Shown: positions 18,393 through 28,495 of the stretch, in pieces
Layout: every line of letters begins with the position of its first letter
Position numbering within the stretch: the first letter of the stretch is position 1
Assembly: GCA_044356295.1 (NCBI GenBank)
Contig: JBIKWN010000004.1
Location: 37,708-101,707 of the forward strand
Origin: Bdellovibrionota bacterium
GTDB taxonomy: Bacteria > Bdellovibrionota_C > UBA2361 > JBIKWN01
Length of the DNA stretch: 64,000 bases
Direction of reading: 5' to 3'
Notes under the pieces: generated by a model
Databases searched by the model: none
Seen by the model: the letters and a program-made list of their open reading frames with translations, nothing else
Told to the model about the DNA's origin: nothing
Translations under genes and position numbers: made by a program

Positions 18393-18713
18393 TTAAAGCT
18401 TGTTTGCTTCACTTCCACAAATAATAGCAGCATGAGCATTCGATAAAGCAGCGTCTTGTGATAATTCCATGCTTCGAATCACTCCTTGTTGTAAAATTGA
18501 AGTGATATGACAGAAATCTTCTTTTGTTAATTCTTTATTTCCAGAAACATGTTTAAAGATAGCTGTTTTACTAACAGGAATATATTTAGATACATCATGA
18601 CAGATTGCTTCAAGGAGCTCATCTTTCGAGATTCTTTCACCGTTAATTGAACGAACTTCAATATTAAAGAGAGCTGAAATAGTTTCAAAATTATTAACTG
18701 CTACTGATGACAT
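18393..18713 (-). CDS. Hypothetical protein (possibly the split N-terminal part of the kinase-like gene)
   Basis: 106-aa ORF in the same frame as 17460..18383, separated by TAA-CTT-TAG-TGT. Confidence 0.45.
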   Translation of the reverse strand: MSSVAVNNFETISALFNIEVRSINGERISKDELLEAICHDVSKYIPVSKTAIFKHVSGNKELTKEDFCHITSILQQGVIRSMELSQDAALSNAHAAIICGSEANKL

Positions 18714-18886
18714 ATGGTTTACTTCTTTTATTACTTATCTACAATTTGGTATGGAATGCTTCCTCTAAAATGAGACAGTCGACCGAATAGCTATTCTTGA
18801 TTAGAATTGGTACCGAATTCATTGAAATGAATAGTAAACATATTGTAACTAATTGAATTTGTTGCATATTCTTATTTAAACCCCTT

Positions 18887-21163
18887 ATGGCAGTAATAGA
18901 CTCCTCAATACTTACCGAATCTCGTGACCGATATTTAACCTATGCTTTAAGCGTAGTCTCTGGAAGGGCGCTTCCAGATGTACGGGACGGACTAAAGCCC
19001 GTGCAGCGCAGAATCTTATTTGCGATGTTTAAAAATCTGCATTTAAAGCCAGGTTCTAGCCATAAAAAGTCAGCAAAAATAGTCGGGGAAGTCCTTGGTA
19101 ACTATCACCCGCACGGTGATAGTGCATGTTATGAAGCAATGGTTCGAATGGCTCAGGATTTCTCGCTTCGCTATCCACTTGTTGATGGTCAAGGTAACTT
19201 TGGTTCTTTAGATGGAGATAGTGCAGCAGCTTACCGATATACAGAGGCTAAACTTACTGAGCTTGCAATCGAAGTCATCGGTGAAATAGATGAAGAAACT
19301 GTTGCATATAGAGATAACTTTGATGGCACAGCTGTTGAGCCGATAGTATTTCCTAGTAAAGTGCCAAATCTTTTAATCAACGGTGCTTCTGGCATCGCTG
19401 TTGGAATGGCAACCAGTATTCCTCCGCATAATTTTAAAGATGTTATTAAAGCGCTACTTCTTTTGTGCGAAGAGCCCGATGCATCAAATGCAAAAATTGT
19501 TACTCAAATTAAAGGTCCTGATTTTCCGACTGGCTGTTCAATCTTAAATTCTAAAAAAGAACTCGATGAAATGTACGATACTGGAAGAGGCTCCATTCGT
19601 ATGCGGGGAACCTATGAGTTAGAAGAGCTGGAGCGTGGCAAAAAAGCGATTGTTATTAATTCAATTCCTTATGCAGTTAATAAAGCGCAACTCGTAGAAA
19701 AAATCGCAAACTTAATCATTGATAAGAAACTTCCGCAGCTTCAAGACATACGAGACGAATCAACAGATGATATCCGTGTTGTATTAGAGCTTTCTTCTGG
19801 TGCAGACCCAGAGCTTGCAATGGCGTATCTGTACAAAAATACAGTTCTTGATACGACCTTTTCCATGAACCTTACCGTGCTTGTTCCTGCTGGAAAGAAT
19901 TTTGAACGAACTCGTCCAGAGCAGGTTTCTATAAGGCAGTGCCTTCAGCATTTTATTGATTTTAGACAAGAAGTCGTTGCGCGTCGTTTAAGGTATGAAA
20001 AGAAAAATTTGCTTGCAAGAATTCACATTCTTGAAGGTTTAGTTAAGATATTTGACGCATTAGATGAAGCTTTAAAAATTATTAGAAAAAGTGACGGACG
20101 ATCGGACGCAGCATCAAAATTAGCTGCTCGCTTTAAACTTACTGAGATTCAAAGTTTTGCAATCGTTGACCTTCGTGTGTATCAACTTTCTAAAACAAAT
20201 ATTGATGAGATCCGTGCAGAACTTGGCGAGAAAGAGAAACGTGTTAAAGAAATTGATAAAATCTTAGCGAGCACGCGAGCCATTCTAACTATTGTTAAAG
20301 ATGAGTTCGAAAAACTTGGCGAAAAATACGGTGATAAACGTAAAAGTCAGATCATTAAAGATGAAGTTGAAATTGAATTCGACGAATCTCAGTATGTTGT
20401 TGAAGAAGATGTATACGCAATTGTTACCTATGACGGTTGGATAAAAAGAATCCGTCAAAATAATGAGCTCAATGGAACGCGGGTCAGGGAAGGGGATAGA
20501 ATATTAAGGGCTCATCCACTTTCAACGCGAGATACTGTGGCTTTTTTCACAAATTTAGGGAATGTGTATTCGATAAAGGTTTCTGACTTTCCATCATCAT
20601 CGGGATATGGAAATCCGCTTCAGAAAACTTTAAAGATGAAGGATGGTGAAACTGTCTTTGAAAGTTTTGGAATTAGGGCTTCTGCATCAAAAGATACTGA
20701 AGCAACTGCTGGATACACTCACTTTATCCTTGAAAAATCAGAGTTAATTCTTGTCTCAAAGAAAGGGCTCGGTTTTGGTGCGATTATTGACGGACTTGTA
20801 GGGCTTAAAAAATCTGGCAAGCGTGTGATGAACCTTAAAGGAGAAGATAGGCTTGTTGCAGTTTGCTTCTATGAAAAAGAGCTTGCAATGTTTACCAAAG
20901 ATGCTTCAGCGCTTTCTATCCCATCCTCTGATATTGCCAAACGTGAAGGCCCAGCAGTTGGTGTTCAACTTATGGGAGTTCGCAGTGATGATGAAGTGAT
21001 TGCCGCCATTAGCCATAATGGAAAAGCAAATTTCTTAGCAACCAGTGATACTGGAAGAACAAAAGAGATTCCAAACAAAGAAATAGTAAAAGGGCACCGT
21101 GCTTTAAAAGGAAATAAGATAGCTTCTAAAGTGCAACTTGCTTCAGTTGAAAAAAATAATTAA
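18887..21163 (+). CDS. parC: Type IIA topoisomerase subunit A, probably topoisomerase IV ParC
   Basis: [34 protein letters not shown] (catalytic Tyr); 758 aa, no canonical GyrA-box (QxRGGKG) in the CTD. The ParC vs GyrA call is inference. Confidence 0.8.
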   Translation: MAVIDSSILTESRDRYLTYALSVVSGRALPDVRDGLKPVQRRILFAMFKNLHLKPGSSHKKSAKIVGEVLGNYHPHGDSACYEAMVRMAQDFSLRYPLVDGQGNFGSLDGDSAAAYRYTEAKLTELAIEVIGEIDEETVAYRDNFDGTAVEPIVFPSKVPNLLINGASGIAVGMATSIPPHNFKDVIKALLLLCEEPDASNAKIVTQIKGPDFPTGCSILNSKKELDEMYDTGRGSIRMRGTYELEELERGKKAIVINSIPYAVNKAQLVEKIANLIIDKKLPQLQDIRDESTDDIRVVLELSSGADPELAMAYLYKNTVLDTTFSMNLTVLVPAGKNFERTRPEQVSIRQCLQHFIDFRQEVVARRLRYEKKNLLARIHILEGLVKIFDALDEALKIIRKSDGRSDAASKLAARFKLTEIQSFAIVDLRVYQLSKTNIDEIRAELGEKEKRVKEIDKILASTRAILTIVKDEFEKLGEKYGDKRKSQIIKDEVEIEFDESQYVVEEDVYAIVTYDGWIKRIRQNNELNGTRVREGDRILRAHPLSTRDTVAFFTNLGNVYSIKVSDFPSSSGYGNPLQKTLKMKDGETVFESFGIRASASKDTEATAGYTHFILEKSELILVSKKGLGFGAIIDGLVGLKKSGKRVMNLKGEDRLVAVCFYEKELAMFTKDASALSIPSSDIAKREGPAVGVQLMGVRSDDEVIAAISHNGKANFLATSDTGRTKEIPNKEIVKGHRALKGNKIASKVQLASVEKNN

Positions 21164-21178
21164 TCGTAAATAAAAAAT

Positions 21179-23104
21179 ATGTCTCGAAGTTATAAAGCTG
21201 AAAATATTGAAGTTCTTGAAGGGTTAGAACCCGTTCGTAAACGCCCCGGGATGTATATCGGAGGCACTGAAGGTCCAGGCGGGCTCCATCACCTCATTAA
21301 AGAGATTCTCGATAACTCCATCGATGAAGCAATGAACGGACATGCATCTCTTGTATCCGTAACGCTTCATAAAAATGGTGAAACAATTACCGTTGAAGAT
21401 AATGGACGTGGAATTCCTGTAGATACTCATCCTAAATTTAAAAAGCCTGCAGTAGAGCTGATTATGACAACGCTCCATGCGGGGGGTAAGTTTTCAGATA
21501 CAAGTTATGTTTCAGCTGGAGGACTGCACGGCGTTGGTGCTTCTGTAGTAAATGCACTTTCAAAAGAGCTCACTGTTTTTGTTTCAAGAGATGGCTTTGA
21601 ATGGAATCAAACATACCGACAAGGAAAAACTGCAACAAAGCTTCAGAAAGGTTCTGCTACTAAAAAAACCGGAACGAAAGTTACTTTTACTCCAGATCCA
21701 GAGATATTCCGAAAAACTCAGTTTAATTCAAAATTGATCGAAAAGATTATTAAAGAGAAAGCATTCCTCAATAAGGGACTTAAACTTTCCTTTAAAGACG
21801 AAGTTCAAAATGAGAAGAAAGAGTTCTGTTATGAAGACGGAGTTCTTTCTTATGTAAAAAATCTGTTAGAAGAAGACAACCAAACTCCTGTTGGTGGTGA
21901 AGTATTCTATCTTGAGCGTACTGAAGGAATAAAAGTTGAAGCTGCTTTCTGTTGGACAGAAGGTACAACTGAAAAATCATATTCATACGTAAACGGAATA
22001 CATACTGCCGAAGGCGGAAGTCATGAGGATGGATTTCGTTCCGGGTTAGGGAAAGCTGTAAGAAATTATATCTCAGTTCATAATCTTCTACCGAAAGGCA
22101 TGAAGCTCTCGGGTGAAGACTTACGAGAAGGTCTTATTGTTGTACTTTCTGTAAATGTACCTGGTGCGGTAAGCCAACTGCAATTTCAAGGACAAACAAA
22201 AGATAAATTAAACAATCCAGAAATTACTGCTCCTGTTGATGGTTTAGTAAAAACTTTTGAAAATACTTTAAACTCAAATCCTAAACTTGCTGCAACTATT
22301 ATTGAAAGAATTCTTCTTGCTGCAAAAGCTCGTGCGGCAGCTCGTTCTGCATCACAAAGTGTTTCAAGAAAAGTTGGTGTTTCTCATCGATTAAACTTAC
22401 CTGGAAAACTTTCTGATTGTTCATCCAATCAATCATCTAAAAGTGAGTTGTTTATTGTGGAAGGAGATTCCGCAGGTGGAAGTGCAAAACAGGCTCGAGA
22501 CAGAAAAATTCAAGCGATACTTCCTCTGAGAGGAAAAATTGTTAATACAATTGCAAATTCCTCGAATAAGCTTTCTGAAAACAAAGAGCTCATCGATCTG
22601 GTTTCTGCAATTGGATGCGGTTACGGAGAAACCATGCGACTCGATAAAATTCGATACGATAAGGTAATAATCCTAACTGATGCGGATGCTGATGGAATGC
22701 ATATTGCGTCCCTTCTTATGGCTTTTTTCTTTAAATTTATGCGACCTTTGATTGTCAAGGGGCACCTCTACTTGGGGCTTCCCCCCCTTTACCGCATTCG
22801 AAGTGGCTCAGGAGCAAAACAAGAGACTCTCTGGGCATATAGTGACGAAAAAAAGGAGACCTTATTGAAAAATAAGGCTAACAAATCTAATATTCAGATA
22901 ACCCGGTTTAAAGGACTCGGAGAGATGAACCCACAAACCCTGTGGGAGACTACTCTGTCACCTAAAACCAGAACTTTACTGCGAGTAACCCTTGGTGACG
23001 AAGAAACTGTTCGGGGGATGTTCGAGAGTCTCTTAGGAAAGGACAGTAGTGAGCGCTATAAACTTATTCAGGAAAACGCAGAACGACTTGAAGTCGATAT
23101 TTAA
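21179..23104 (+). CDS. parE: Type IIA topoisomerase subunit B, probably topoisomerase IV ParE
   Basis: VRKRPGMYIG, EILDNSIDE, DNGRGIP, GGLHGVGASVVNALS, EGDSAGGS, PLRGK, DADADG, RFKGLGEM. Confidence 0.8.
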   Translation: MSRSYKAENIEVLEGLEPVRKRPGMYIGGTEGPGGLHHLIKEILDNSIDEAMNGHASLVSVTLHKNGETITVEDNGRGIPVDTHPKFKKPAVELIMTTLHAGGKFSDTSYVSAGGLHGVGASVVNALSKELTVFVSRDGFEWNQTYRQGKTATKLQKGSATKKTGTKVTFTPDPEIFRKTQFNSKLIEKIIKEKAFLNKGLKLSFKDEVQNEKKEFCYEDGVLSYVKNLLEEDNQTPVGGEVFYLERTEGIKVEAAFCWTEGTTEKSYSYVNGIHTAEGGSHEDGFRSGLGKAVRNYISVHNLLPKGMKLSGEDLREGLIVVLSVNVPGAVSQLQFQGQTKDKLNNPEITAPVDGLVKTFENTLNSNPKLAATIIERILLAAKARAAARSASQSVSRKVGVSHRLNLPGKLSDCSSNQSSKSELFIVEGDSAGGSAKQARDRKIQAILPLRGKIVNTIANSSNKLSENKELIDLVSAIGCGYGETMRLDKIRYDKVIILTDADADGMHIASLLMAFFFKFMRPLIVKGHLYLGLPPLYRIRSGSGAKQETLWAYSDEKKETLLKNKANKSNIQITRFKGLGEMNPQTLWETTLSPKTRTLLRVTLGDEETVRGMFESLLGKDSSERYKLIQENAERLEVDI

Positions 23105-23131
23105 GTATTACTCTCTTATTACCGGGAATTA

Positions 23132-23971
23132 ATGGTCAAAGGATTTTTCAAAGATCTCAAATCTACTGCAGCTAAACTTGGTTTTGCTGATCCCTCTTGG
23201 CTAAAAGAGGACGCAGACCCTGTGTTTGAGTCTGTTGATACGCCAGGTCCTGGACCTCAGCTCCTACTTCTTCATGGGCTTCTTGGACAGGTTAGTAATT
23301 GGGAGTATGTGACTCCTCATCTCGCAAAGAATACAAATCCGATTGCTCTAAAGTTTCCACTTCTTACTGCTTCAAAAAATGATGTAAAGGTTAAGTCACT
23401 TGCGTTATTTACTGAAGCTTTCATACGTGAACGTTCAATGGCACCTGCTGCTTTATGTGGAAATTCTCTTGGTGGACATGTTGCTCTTCGTTTAGCGCTC
23501 GCTCGCCCAGAACTTGTTGATTGTATGATTCTTTCTGGAAGTAGCGGATTGTATGAACATACCGTAGATAGTTTGCCTCTCCGTCCAGATGAAAAATTTG
23601 TTCGCGAGCATATGGCTCGTGTTTTCGTGAATAGTGAATTCATAACTGAAGAAGCTATTTCTCAGATGGTTGAAATTTTAGATAGCCGTCACAATATTGG
23701 GAACCTTCTTTCAACTGCAAAGAGTGCCAAGCGTGACAATCTTTATGATCTTTTGCCTCAGATTACTTGCCCTGTTCTTCTTTTATGGGGAGAGGATGAT
23801 ACGGTTACTACTATGGAAGTTGCTGAGACATTTAAACGGAGACTTCCAAATTCAAAGCTTGTCAGTCAGAAACGATGCGGTCATGCGCCAATGATTGAAC
23901 ATCCTGAGTGGTTTGCCGATGAAATTGATAAGTTTCTTCGTGAGCATTCTCGTTTTTATAACAAGAGATAA
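23132..23971 (+). CDS. Alpha/beta fold hydrolase
   Basis: LLLHGLLG, GNSLGG nucleophile, WGEDD, CGHAPMIEHPE. Confidence 0.92.
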   Translation: MVKGFFKDLKSTAAKLGFADPSWLKEDADPVFESVDTPGPGPQLLLLHGLLGQVSNWEYVTPHLAKNTNPIALKFPLLTASKNDVKVKSLALFTEAFIRERSMAPAALCGNSLGGHVALRLALARPELVDCMILSGSSGLYEHTVDSLPLRPDEKFVREHMARVFVNSEFITEEAISQMVEILDSRHNIGNLLSTAKSAKRDNLYDLLPQITCPVLLLWGEDDTVTTMEVAETFKRRLPNSKLVSQKRCGHAPMIEHPEWFADEIDKFLREHSRFYNKR

Positions 23972-23983
23972 CCGGCCGAATTT

Positions 23984-24931
23984 TTATACTAAAAGCCTCT
24001 CTGCTCCGAATTTTGCACTTACGGCCTCTAATGCAAACCCTTCACGCATCGAATAAGGTGAAATAAGAGCTTTGTTACTACAGGCTGAGTCTAATGTCGT
24101 TTTCATAGCCATGGCACTAACGAAATATTTCTCTCTGCTGGAAGCTTTAATGCCGTAGTTTTTCATGATGTATGAATCGGTTTTAGTTTCTAGATCTGAA
24201 ATAAGTTTTTGAAGTGATGCGAGATCAACAGTCAGTGAGTTGTCATCACTTTGACGTTTATCTAAAAGAGCAATTGCTTTAGCAATTCGTTTCATCATTC
24301 GTCCACTAAAAACAACAGTATCTATCCTCGATCCACTAATCATCTCGCTTGTAAAAGTCGAAAGAGATGTCATCATCGATACAAGCTCAGATAGCTTCGT
24401 CGGACTCTCTTCAACTATTCGGCTCATTGCGACAATACCGATTGGGAGGCTTCGAAGTTTCTCTTGTTGATTGTCTAAAACGATCTGCTCTGTGCTGCCA
24501 CCACCAGTTTTAGAAACTAATATTCGGCCGTTATTTTTTTCAGGATACTTTGAATTGATAAAAAATTGAGCAGCACTTCCTATGAATTTGGCTTCTTGTA
24601 AAGGATCGATGATGGATACTTCGATATCTTTCTTTGATAATCCTTGGACAATACGGCTTGAGTTTGCAGCACTTCTAAGCCCAGCAGTTGCGAGGAAATG
24701 AATTTCCTCATCATTTTTTTGATCATAGCTTTGGTGAGCAGCAAGGATTTTTTCGTTAATTTTTCTTATTTCACTAGTTGAATAAGTAGCTCCCGAAGAT
24801 GGTACTGTTGGAAGGTATTCTTCAAAAAAGCTTTTTTGTTCTAGTGCTAAAGAATCAGGATCGATCGTTATCTCAACAGCACGAATGCCAGAACCACCAA
24901 TATCGACAATGTTTATAGGCTTACTAAGCAT
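23984..24931 (-). CDS. Divergent Ppx/GppA family (ASKHA) phosphatase, short form
   Basis: VDIGGSGIR, ATAGLRSAAN, QEA, KTGGGSTE, PIG, SMREG. Confidence 0.75.
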   Translation of the reverse strand: MLSKPINIVDIGGSGIRAVEITIDPDSLALEQKSFFEEYLPTVPSSGATYSTSEIRKINEKILAAHQSYDQKNDEEIHFLATAGLRSAANSSRIVQGLSKKDIEVSIIDPLQEAKFIGSAAQFFINSKYPEKNNGRILVSKTGGGSTEQIVLDNQQEKLRSLPIGIVAMSRIVEESPTKLSELVSMMTSLSTFTSEMISGSRIDTVVFSGRMMKRIAKAIALLDKRQSDDNSLTVDLASLQKLISDLETKTDSYIMKNYGIKASSREKYFVSAMAMKTTLDSACSNKALISPYSMREGFALEAVSAKFGAERLLV

Positions 24932-25004
24932 TAAGTTGCTTTACTTTAACAAAGTTAAAGTAAATGGCAATCTATAAATTTTCTCTTAAAATCCAAGGGA
25001 ATAA

Positions 25005-26039
25005 TTAGGAAACAAGCTTATGACTAGTGATAAATTCATAAATAGCGTGAGCAATAATATCATACCCAAACTGTGTACAATGCCCATCCTTAGGATAATG
25101 GAGATCATCTTTTCCTTTGAAGTTTTTGAATGCTGGAAGTGTATCAATAAAGAATAAATTATTTTTTTCACTAAATGTAGAAAGACGATTTGAAGGATAC
25201 CAATGCTCATCGAGCCAAGGGGCTCCTTGTGGAATATGAATTATGGCAGTTTTTGCTGAGATAGATTCTGCAACTTGAGCAATCTTTTTTATATCAGTCT
25301 CAAGTTTTATCCAGTCTTTTTCCAAAGGACCTTCATGAATATAAATATCAGAGAATTTAATAGGTGTATCTTCATTCATTTTATATTTATATGAAACGTA
25401 CTTTGTTAAAAGAATTCTCAGTACATAAGAATTCTCATAAAAAAAAGAAGCCCATTCACCAAGCTCCAAAGATTCACGTGTCCGTAACCTACCTTTTGAA
25501 TCAACTTTAATTGCATCAACACCTAGGTGAGTATCAAGAATATCATTTGGAAGTAATCCAATAAGCACTAAGTCTGGGCTAAATTGTTTACCGTACTGTT
25601 CTAATACAATACGTTCAGTTTCTGGAAAAAAACGTGAGATGCCTAGTTTAATAATTTCTATTTTTGGATGATTGCCTTTGCGGTTATTTAAAAGCTCCTC
25701 TAATCGGTAAAGGTAGGTTTGTTCAAAGCTAACACCAGCACCCATAGTAAAACTGTCACCAACTCCGACAATTCTAAAGACATCTTTAGGTTTCTGAATT
25801 TGATGCTCAATGTCTCTAAAGCCAAGACTGTTGTAGTGATAGCTATAATTGAATTCGTTTGTTGCGCTCGTTCCTTCTCTGGTTGTGTTAGGGCGGGGTT
25901 TGTACGGTAAGTATGAATCGGGGGCATGGTTTGAGTATTGGTAGTTTATTGCTGGTGCTAGACCAATAATACGAACAGTAATCTCGAGTATTAAGCAGGA
26001 AATGCTGATGATAACGAAGGAGAGTAATAACTTTTTCAC
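25005..26039 (-). CDS. Membrane-anchored SGNH/GDSL hydrolase/acyltransferase family protein
   Basis: N-terminal TM LEITVRI, NSLGFRD, VGDSFTMG, PND, DGHCTQFG. Confidence 0.88.
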   Translation of the reverse strand: MKKLLLSFVIISISCLILEITVRIIGLAPAINYQYSNHAPDSYLPYKPRPNTTREGTSATNEFNYSYHYNSLGFRDIEHQIQKPKDVFRIVGVGDSFTMGAGVSFEQTYLYRLEELLNNRKGNHPKIEIIKLGISRFFPETERIVLEQYGKQFSPDLVLIGLLPNDILDTHLGVDAIKVDSKGRLRTRESLELGEWASFFYENSYVLRILLTKYVSYKYKMNEDTPIKFSDIYIHEGPLEKDWIKLETDIKKIAQVAESISAKTAIIHIPQGAPWLDEHWYPSNRLSTFSEKNNLFFIDTLPAFKNFKGKDDLHYPKDGHCTQFGYDIIAHAIYEFITSHKLVS

Positions 26040-26144
26040 TCGATAAATCTAGCGAATATGGGGCAGTTGTAACAAATTTTATCTTTATCAATTGATCAAT
26101 ATAAACACTACAAATTCCCTGAATCGTTTGATACAGTCTTTCCC

Positions 26145-26393
26145 ATGGAAAAACTGCCGAAAATAGCTGGTCGCAAGTCGTGCCCAATCGATATGGAGCC
26201 TGGAACGTACTTTTGGTGTTCTTGTGGCCTCTCTCAACAACAACCGTTCTGTGATGGATCTCATAAGGGGACAGATTTTACTCCGGTAAAAGTGGAAGTA
26301 CCTGAGGCAAAACGAATAGGGTGGTGCCTGTGCAAACATTCTGAAGAAGGACACCTTTGCGATGGAACTCATAAGTCACTTCCTGAATCATAG
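26145..26393 (+). CDS. CDGSH iron-sulfur domain protein (two CDGSH motifs, MiNT-like)
   Basis: WCSCGLSQQQPFCDGSH and WCLCKHS...LCDGTH. Confidence 0.95.
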   Translation: MEKLPKIAGRKSCPIDMEPGTYFWCSCGLSQQQPFCDGSHKGTDFTPVKVEVPEAKRIGWCLCKHSEEGHLCDGTHKSLPES

Positions 26394-26465
26394 AGTGGCT
26401 CTATTTCTTTCTCTATTTGCCGAAATCAGATCTGAAACAGAAATTTTTTAAACAAAATACTTTTT

Positions 26466-28448
26466 ATGAACATAGAATCACTTAAGCCAATAGCAACAAC
26501 TGTTAGAACACTTTCCATAGATGGTGTTGAAAAAGCAAAGAGTGGGCATCCTGGACTTCCTTTGGGCGCAGCAGATTTCGCAACAGTTTTGTGGAGTAAT
26601 TTTTTAAAGTTCAATCCTATTAATTCAAAATGGCTAGGAAGAGATAGATTTATCCTCTCTGCTGGACACGGATCAATGTTGCAGTATTCATTGCTTCATT
26701 TGTTTGGTTTTAAAGTTTCAATGGACGATCTTAAAAATTTTCGTCAGTGGGAAAGTAAGACTCCAGGACACCCAGAGTTTGGTTGGACAGATGGTGTAGA
26801 AACAACTACTGGGCCACTTGGAGCAGGATTTAGCAACGGCGTTGGAATGGCTTTGGCTTCAAAAATGACAAAAGCTCGTCTTGAAAGCGATCTATTTGAT
26901 TATAAAGTATACGGGATTGTAAGTGATGGCGATCTTATGGAAGGAGTTGCTTCTGAAGCAGCTTCATTAGCAGGGCATTTAAAACTTAATAATCTTGTTT
27001 ATCTTTATGATGACAATCTTGTTTCGTTAGCAGGACATACTGATGTTTGTTTTACAGAATCAGTTCCAAAACGTTTTGATGCATATGGTTGGTACGTGCA
27101 AAGTTGCAACGGTCACGACATGAACGAAGTTCAAGCGTGCCTCGAGAAAGCTTCAAAAGAGAAAGATAGACCTTCAATTATTTGTTGTCGCACACTGCTG
27201 GGGTTTGGATCTCCTAATAAAGCCAATACTCATGATGCACATGGTGCTCCTCTTGGTGCTGCTGAAGTTAAGCTCGTTAAAGAAACATTAGGCGCCCCTT
27301 CGGATAAAGATTTCTATGTCAGCGATGAAGTAAAACAAACTATTGAAAAAATTATTGCTGGTAAAGTCGAAGAAGCAAAACAGTGGGATGCATCATTTGC
27401 AGAATGGAAAGCTAAAAATCCTGAAAAAGCTGCTCTCTATCAACAGCTTACTACTCGTGAAGTTCCTGCTTCTTTGAAAGATGCGTTACTAAAAACTTTT
27501 GCAGAGAATAAAAAAGAAGCAACACGTGAGATGTCTCATAAAGCTCTTAACGTGATCAGTGCTCATGTGCCATCTTTTATAGGTGGTTCAGCAGATCTCG
27601 AGCCATCAACGAAAACAACAATTAAAGATGGAGGAGATGTAAAATCCCCTGATTTCCTTGGGAAAAATATACGATTTGGAGTTCGTGAACACGCAATGGG
27701 CGGCGCCGCCAATGGACTTGCTTATACCCAAAGTTGGATTCCATACACTGCAACATTTCATGTTTTCTCGGATTACATGCGCCCCACAATTCGTTTGGCA
27801 GCATTGTCGCATATTCAGACTCTTTTCATTTTTACACATGATAGTTTTTGGGTTGGGGAAGATGGACCAACACATGAGCCGATCGAGCAAACACAAAGTC
27901 TTCGATTAATCCCTAATCTTTATACATGGCGCCCTGCTGATGGAACTGAAGTTGCAATGAGTTACTTCTTTGCACTTAATAAAAAAGATAGACCCTCAAC
28001 CTTACTTTTCTCAAGACAAAGCGTTATTCCTATCGAACGTCCTGCGGGAATTGTTGCAGACGATGTCCTCAAAGGGGCATATGCTGCGTATGGTAAGGAT
28101 AATAGCGATCTAGTGATTGTTGCTACTGGTTCTGAAGTAGGTGCTAGTATTGAAGCTGCTAAAGCCCTTGAAGCTTCTAAGAAAATAAAAGTACGTGTTG
28201 TTTCAATGCCGTGTGTTGAGCTCTTTATGGAACAACCAGAGAGCTACCGAACTGCCCTTATTCCTAAAACAGCCAAACGAGTTTCTATAGAAGCAGGCAC
28301 TACCATCGGTTGGGAAAGAATTGTTGGAAGTGATGCACTTCTTATCGGAATCAATCATTTTGGAGCATCTGCACCAGGTGAATTATTAGCTGATAAGTTT
28401 GGTTTCACTGCTGCTAAAATTCAGAGCAGAATAGAGGGCTGGCTTTAA
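26466..28448 (+). CDS. tkt: Transketolase
   Basis: SGHPG, DRFILSAGHGS, TPGHPE, TTGPLG, SDGDLMEG, GVREHAM, THDS..GEDGPTH. Confidence 0.97.
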   Translation: MNIESLKPIATTVRTLSIDGVEKAKSGHPGLPLGAADFATVLWSNFLKFNPINSKWLGRDRFILSAGHGSMLQYSLLHLFGFKVSMDDLKNFRQWESKTPGHPEFGWTDGVETTTGPLGAGFSNGVGMALASKMTKARLESDLFDYKVYGIVSDGDLMEGVASEAASLAGHLKLNNLVYLYDDNLVSLAGHTDVCFTESVPKRFDAYGWYVQSCNGHDMNEVQACLEKASKEKDRPSIICCRTLLGFGSPNKANTHDAHGAPLGAAEVKLVKETLGAPSDKDFYVSDEVKQTIEKIIAGKVEEAKQWDASFAEWKAKNPEKAALYQQLTTREVPASLKDALLKTFAENKKEATREMSHKALNVISAHVPSFIGGSADLEPSTKTTIKDGGDVKSPDFLGKNIRFGVREHAMGGAANGLAYTQSWIPYTATFHVFSDYMRPTIRLAALSHIQTLFIFTHDSFWVGEDGPTHEPIEQTQSLRLIPNLYTWRPADGTEVAMSYFFALNKKDRPSTLLFSRQSVIPIERPAGIVADDVLKGAYAAYGKDNSDLVIVATGSEVGASIEAAKALEASKKIKVRVVSMPCVELFMEQPESYRTALIPKTAKRVSIEAGTTIGWERIVGSDALLIGINHFGASAPGELLADKFGFTAAKIQSRIEGWL

Positions 28449-28495
28449 TTTTTAAAAGCTTTCCCCTAATTGTTAGCCGGTTTACATTACCCCCT

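Noticed and set aside
18384..18395. Stop-codon readthrough or alternative genetic code joining two in-frame ORFs
   Set aside because: Two different stops (TAA and TAG) intervene, and all other genes read normally with code 11.
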